Origin: Elusimicrobiota bacterium
GTDB taxonomy: Bacteria; Elusimicrobiota; Endomicrobiia; Endomicrobiales; JBDRNC01
NCBI GenBank assembly: GCA_043811535.1
Contig: JBDRNC010000039.1
Coordinates: forward strand, 32,001 to 96,000
DNA length: 64,000 nt
Direction of reading: 5' to 3'
The notes under the pieces are model-generated. The model had not been told where the DNA came from, made no database searches, and saw only the letters and a program-made list of their open reading frames with translations. The position numbers were made by a program, and so were the translations under genes. This document shows, in pieces, positions 60,405 through 64,000 of this stretch; position 1 is the stretch's first letter; each line of letters opens with the position of its first letter.

Positions 60405-61563
60405 ATCTCTTTTTGTACTTATTAAGAATATTATTTGTGGCGTTTATCACTCTATTAATATCCGCTTTAGACATTTTTGGATAGAGCGGAAGCGTAATTG
60501 TCCTTTTATAATACTCCTCGGCGTTAGGACACCTCACATTCCTGTAACCGAGCCGCTGATAATACGGGTGCCTGTATATGGGCAGGTAGTGCACGTTGAC
60601 AAGTATGCCTTTATCCCTGTACTCCCTGAATACCTTAGCGCGGGTGGCCTTGATCCTGTCCAGGTCCAATATGACCGGGTAGATATGGTACGACGATCTG
60701 GACCGCGGGAAATTACTCTGGATATTCAGTCCTTCCTGCGTTTCAAACGCCTTATCGTATTTACCGGCTATTTTTCTTCTTATTCCGACGAACTTATTGA
60801 GTTTTTTAAGCTGGCTGATACCAAGTGCACATTGAATATCTGTTATGCGGTAATTGTAGCCCAGTTCATGCATCTCGTAATACCAGCCGCCGGGATTTTC
60901 GGTCAAAAGCCGCGGGTCCCTTGTTATGCCGTGCGTCCTGAACATCAATAATTTATTGTAGAGATCTTTTTTATTTGTCAGGACCATTCCGCCTTCTCCG
61001 GTCGTAATATGTTTTACTGCGTGAAAACTTAAGACAGTCATGTCGGAGTACCGGCACGAGCCTATCTTTTCCCCTTTATATTCGGCCCCGATGGCATGGC
61101 AGGCGTCTTCAATAATCGTGATGCCTCTGCGCTTGGCGATTTTATGAATGTTTTCCATATCGCACGGAAGACCGCCGAAATGAACGGGAATGATCAATTT
61201 GGTCCTTTTTGTTATCTTCTTTTCGATCTCGAGCGGGTCAACGCAGAACGTTCCGGGATCAATATCGGCAAAAACCGGTTTTACGCCGCAATAAAGCATG
61301 CAATTCGCGGACGCGGCGAATGAAACGGGTGTTGTGATGCCTTCATCGCCTTTGCCCGCGCCGGCGGCAAGACACGCAATATGAAGGGCGGAAGTCCCGC
61401 TGTTCACGGCTACGGCGAATTTAACGCCGCAGTATTCGGCGACAGCGCGCTCAAAAGCGCCAACCGCCGGTCCTTGCGTCAGGAACGGCGACTTCAAGGC
61501 TGTGCTTACGGCTTTTATGTCTCCGGAATCGATCCATTGAGTCGCGTACGGTATTTTTTTCAT
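60397..61563 (-). CDS. pseC: UDP-4-keto-6-deoxy-HexNAc aminotransferase PseC
   Basis: LTQGP, NSGTSALH, EDACHAIG, SFHAVKHITTGEGG, RTHGI, GYNYRITDIQCALG. Confidence 0.9.
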   Translation of the reverse strand: MKKIPYATQWIDSGDIKAVSTALKSPFLTQGPAVGAFERAVAEYCGVKFAVAVNSGTSALHIACLAAGAGKGDEGITTPVSFAASANCMLYCGVKPVFADIDPGTFCVDPLEIEKKITKRTKLIIPVHFGGLPCDMENIHKIAKRRGITIIEDACHAIGAEYKGEKIGSCRYSDMTVLSFHAVKHITTGEGGMVLTNKKDLYNKLLMFRTHGITRDPRLLTENPGGWYYEMHELGYNYRITDIQCALGISQLKKLNKFVGIRRKIAGKYDKAFETQEGLNIQSNFPRSRSSYHIYPVILDLDRIKATRAKVFREYRDKGILVNVHYLPIYRHPYYQRLGYRNVRCPNAEEYYKRTITLPLYPKMSKADINRVINATNNILNKYKKRYV

Positions 61564-62537
61564 ATACTATTGAGAAGTTTCTTTATTTCCGCTATTGAAA
61601 GAAAATCCTTATTCGTGTTACTTGCGTATTTAAACCCTTCGGAAACATCCTTTCCGCTCGAATGAAAATCCTTGCTCCACCAGTGGAATGCCGGCTGTAT
61701 GATGAAGCAATCATTAAGCTCCTTTGTGTTATAAGCGTCATCTTCTGAAATCATCACTTCGTGGAGCTTTTCGCCGGGCCTTATCCCAACGATTTCTGTT
61801 TTGCATTCGGGCGCGATCGCCTTGGCGAGATCGACTATGTTCGTGCTTGGTATCTTGGGCACGAAAATCTCTCCGCCTTCCATCCTTTCAAATGACTTGA
61901 TGACAAACCTGACGCACTGTTCAAGAGTGATCCAGAATCTTGTCATCTCGGGATGGGTGATGGGAAGGATCCCCTTTTCTTTCTGTTCCATGAAAAAAGG
62001 AACAACGCTTCCCCTGCTTCCGATGACGTTGCCGTAGCGGACAACGCTGAATCTTGTCCCGTCCGCGCCGGAATAAGAGTTTCCCGCGACAAAAAGCTTA
62101 TCCGAGCATAATTTTGTGGCGCCGTAGAGGTTTATCGGATTGCACGCCTTGTCGGTGCTGAGCGCGACGATTTTCTTGACGTTCCTGTCAAGAGCGGTTT
62201 CAATTATGTTCATCGCGCCGATAATATTCGTCTTTATCGCTTCTGTGGGGTTGTACTCCATGGAAGGGACCTGCTTAAGGGCGGCGGCGTGAACGACATA
62301 ATCAACACCGTGAAACGCTCTCCATAATCTTTCTTTGTCGCGCACATCTCCGATAAAAAACCTTATATTCTTATACTGCGAGAACTGCCGCCTCATCTCA
62401 AACTGTTTGAACTCGTCGCGGCTGTAAACGATCAATTTCGCGGGTTTGTAGAAGTCCAGCGCGATCTTGGCGAATTTTTTGCCGAAAGATCCGGTGCCGC
62501 CCGTGACGAGGATTGTTTTTCCTTTGAAAATGCTCAT
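61560..62537 (-). CDS. pseB: UDP-GlcNAc 4,6-dehydratase (inverting) PseB
   Basis: TGGTGSFG, SRDEFKQ, HAAALKQVP, STDKA, YGATKLCSDK, RYGNV.GSRGSV, MTRFWI. Confidence 0.93.
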   Translation of the reverse strand: MSIFKGKTILVTGGTGSFGKKFAKIALDFYKPAKLIVYSRDEFKQFEMRRQFSQYKNIRFFIGDVRDKERLWRAFHGVDYVVHAAALKQVPSMEYNPTEAIKTNIIGAMNIIETALDRNVKKIVALSTDKACNPINLYGATKLCSDKLFVAGNSYSGADGTRFSVVRYGNVIGSRGSVVPFFMEQKEKGILPITHPEMTRFWITLEQCVRFVIKSFERMEGGEIFVPKIPSTNIVDLAKAIAPECKTEIVGIRPGEKLHEVMISEDDAYNTKELNDCFIIQPAFHWWSKDFHSSGKDVSEGFKYASNTNKDFLSIAEIKKLLNSI

Positions 62538-62540
62538 AAA

Positions 62541-63689
62541 TCACTCCTTTGAAATGTTATCAGCGACTATATCCCAGAAGTATTTTTCCGGGGATCCCGA
62601 AGTTTTTATGTATTTATCCTTGTATTCGGAGTATTTGGAAGTGTTGACCGCGCGCTGCACGTTGATGTCGATATTCTTTATTGATGCGGCGTCTACCGGC
62701 GTTTTCCCGAGATTCTCCGCGAAATTCCTAATAAATCCGTAAAACACCTTGCTTTTTAATATCTCCGGCAGCATGAATATAACCGGCTTATTGAAAAGAA
62801 CGGCGAAATTCAATGAAGTGCTTGCGTGAGTGACGACTATTTCTGCGTTCGCGACAAGATTGATCGTGTTTGACTGTATGATCTTGCGCCCGTTGAAACG
62901 GTTCCCCACTTTATCGTACCTGGCCCTGGGGTGCGCGGCTATGACAACCGGGATTTTAAGGAGTTTCTCCAGCTCCGAAAGCATGAGATTCACTTCATCG
63001 TAATACAAGGAAGGATCATTGAAAGGATTCTTGTAGGCGCCGGCGACGAGAAAATCCGGATGATATGGCAGATACTCGTCCAGAAATACCGCGTAGCTCC
63101 CTTTCACTAGCGGTTCGGGCCTGTTGGCTTTGAATTCCAGATACAGGTCGTAGTCAAGAGTATGCCCCAATACCGTGACTGTGTCCTTGCCGGGACGCGG
63201 CAATGCCTCCAAAAATGCCCTTCCGCCGGCCAAAATGTAATCGGGGATCCTTATCTTCCTATATTTGAATTTTGTCATTGCCTGCGTAACGGCGTTATAA
63301 ACTTTTCTTTTCAGGCTGGTCCTGGGAAAAGGCACGGCGTTTGTGTGCAAGCTCGCGTAAGGCAGACCGTATTTGGTCAACAGCTTAAAGACGGGATATG
63401 TTTCCTTTCTGCCGATCAGCAAATCAATGTATATTGTCTTTTCCCTGTCGCAGTTTTTCAGCGTTTGTTCAAGCTCCGCCAGCGAAGTGAATACGCGGGT
63501 ATTTTTGCACTCAAAACGGTTGATTGTCACGGATTTTACGTAATCGGGATTCAAAATATCCGTAAGGTCAAAATATGAAACATTGAAACCGCGCGATTCA
63601 AGCAGGCGCGCGCCGAATCTCCTGTAATCCCTTTCGGATAAAGGCGTCGGGATGAGAAAATTAATGTTTTCAGGTTTCATATAAAACAT
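62541..63689 (-). CDS. Uncharacterised protein, possible CMP-sugar transferase
   Basis: 382-aa ORF; VFLDEYLPYHPD, IAAHPR, HASTSLNFAV..KP. Confidence 0.55.
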   Translation of the reverse strand: MFYMKPENINFLIPTPLSERDYRRFGARLLESRGFNVSYFDLTDILNPDYVKSVTINRFECKNTRVFTSLAELEQTLKNCDREKTIYIDLLIGRKETYPVFKLLTKYGLPYASLHTNAVPFPRTSLKRKVYNAVTQAMTKFKYRKIRIPDYILAGGRAFLEALPRPGKDTVTVLGHTLDYDLYLEFKANRPEPLVKGSYAVFLDEYLPYHPDFLVAGAYKNPFNDPSLYYDEVNLMLSELEKLLKIPVVIAAHPRARYDKVGNRFNGRKIIQSNTINLVANAEIVVTHASTSLNFAVLFNKPVIFMLPEILKSKVFYGFIRNFAENLGKTPVDAASIKNIDINVQRAVNTSKYSEYKDKYIKTSGSPEKYFWDIVADNISKE

Positions 63690-63694
63690 TCCGG

Positions 63695-64000
63695 TTATTT
63701 ATGTATGCAAGCTATCAGCGTGTCGCACTGCCCGATCGACGCCAATTGTTTTTCGTAAGCGGCGTGCAGGTCGGGTGAATCAAGAAAACTCCATTTCTGA
63801 TGCCCGCCCGGAGCGTTGCAGGCCAGCCAGTGGAGATGATTTGAAAGCGGATATCTCTGGATCTGTTTGACGTATTTCACCTTATAGCCCGCCTGCCCGG
63901 CAAGTGTTTGCAGCGTTCCGGGCGTGAACAAGTACAGGTGGCAGCTCCAGTAGGTGAACAGTGAAAAGGCTTCGTTCTTGTAAAGGGCCAGGAGCGCGTC
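63695..64000 (-). CDS. C-terminal part of probable SAM-dependent methyltransferase (start beyond window)
   Basis: Frame is open to the window edge: DALLALY...FTYWSCHLYLFT...QRYPLSNHLHWL...PGGH...DTL. This resembles the tail of glycan-locus methyltransferases; motif I is not in the window. Confidence 0.55.
   Translation of the reverse strand, partial: DALLALYKNEAFSLFTYWSCHLYLFTPGTLQTLAGQAGYKVKYVKQIQRYPLSNHLHWLACNAPGGHQKWSFLDSPDLHAAYEKQLASIGQCDTLIACIHK

Overview
A bacterial window in which every credible gene lies on the minus strand, so transcription runs from 64000 toward 1. About 58 kb is one very large, modular cell-surface glycan locus. In transcription order it holds: (i) a pseudaminic-acid-type block (pseB, pseC, pseF, pseG, pseI) with no visible pseH but with a B12-radical SAM enzyme, a methyltransferase, a metallophosphoesterase and an ATP-grasp ligase inserted; (ii) a Wzx flippase plus a lipid-carrier module (GT2, SDR, DegT aminotransferase, two B12-radical SAM enzymes, flippase-like protein, GT-C-like membrane protein); (iii) an orphan cytidylyltransferase / radical SAM-SPASM / HisC-like / dehydrogenase / cyclase / HAD module; (iv) a CDP-sugar block with rfbF; (v) many GT2/GT4 glycosyltransferases, methyltransferases (nine in the whole window), two Wzy/WaaL-like proteins, a second flippase and a priming transferase. 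recA sits inside the locus behind its own near-consensus promoter with a palindromic operator. The locus runs into two nucleotidyltransferases, metK and ahcY, then a TPR lipoprotein, a beta-barrel protein and a truncated M6-like protease. Intergenic DNA carries GC-rich palindromic repeats, a heptamer tandem repeat and a possible translational switch in the ahcY leader. I saw no rRNA, tRNA, CRISPR array or transposase. All calls are from motif recognition by eye; no database searches were run.
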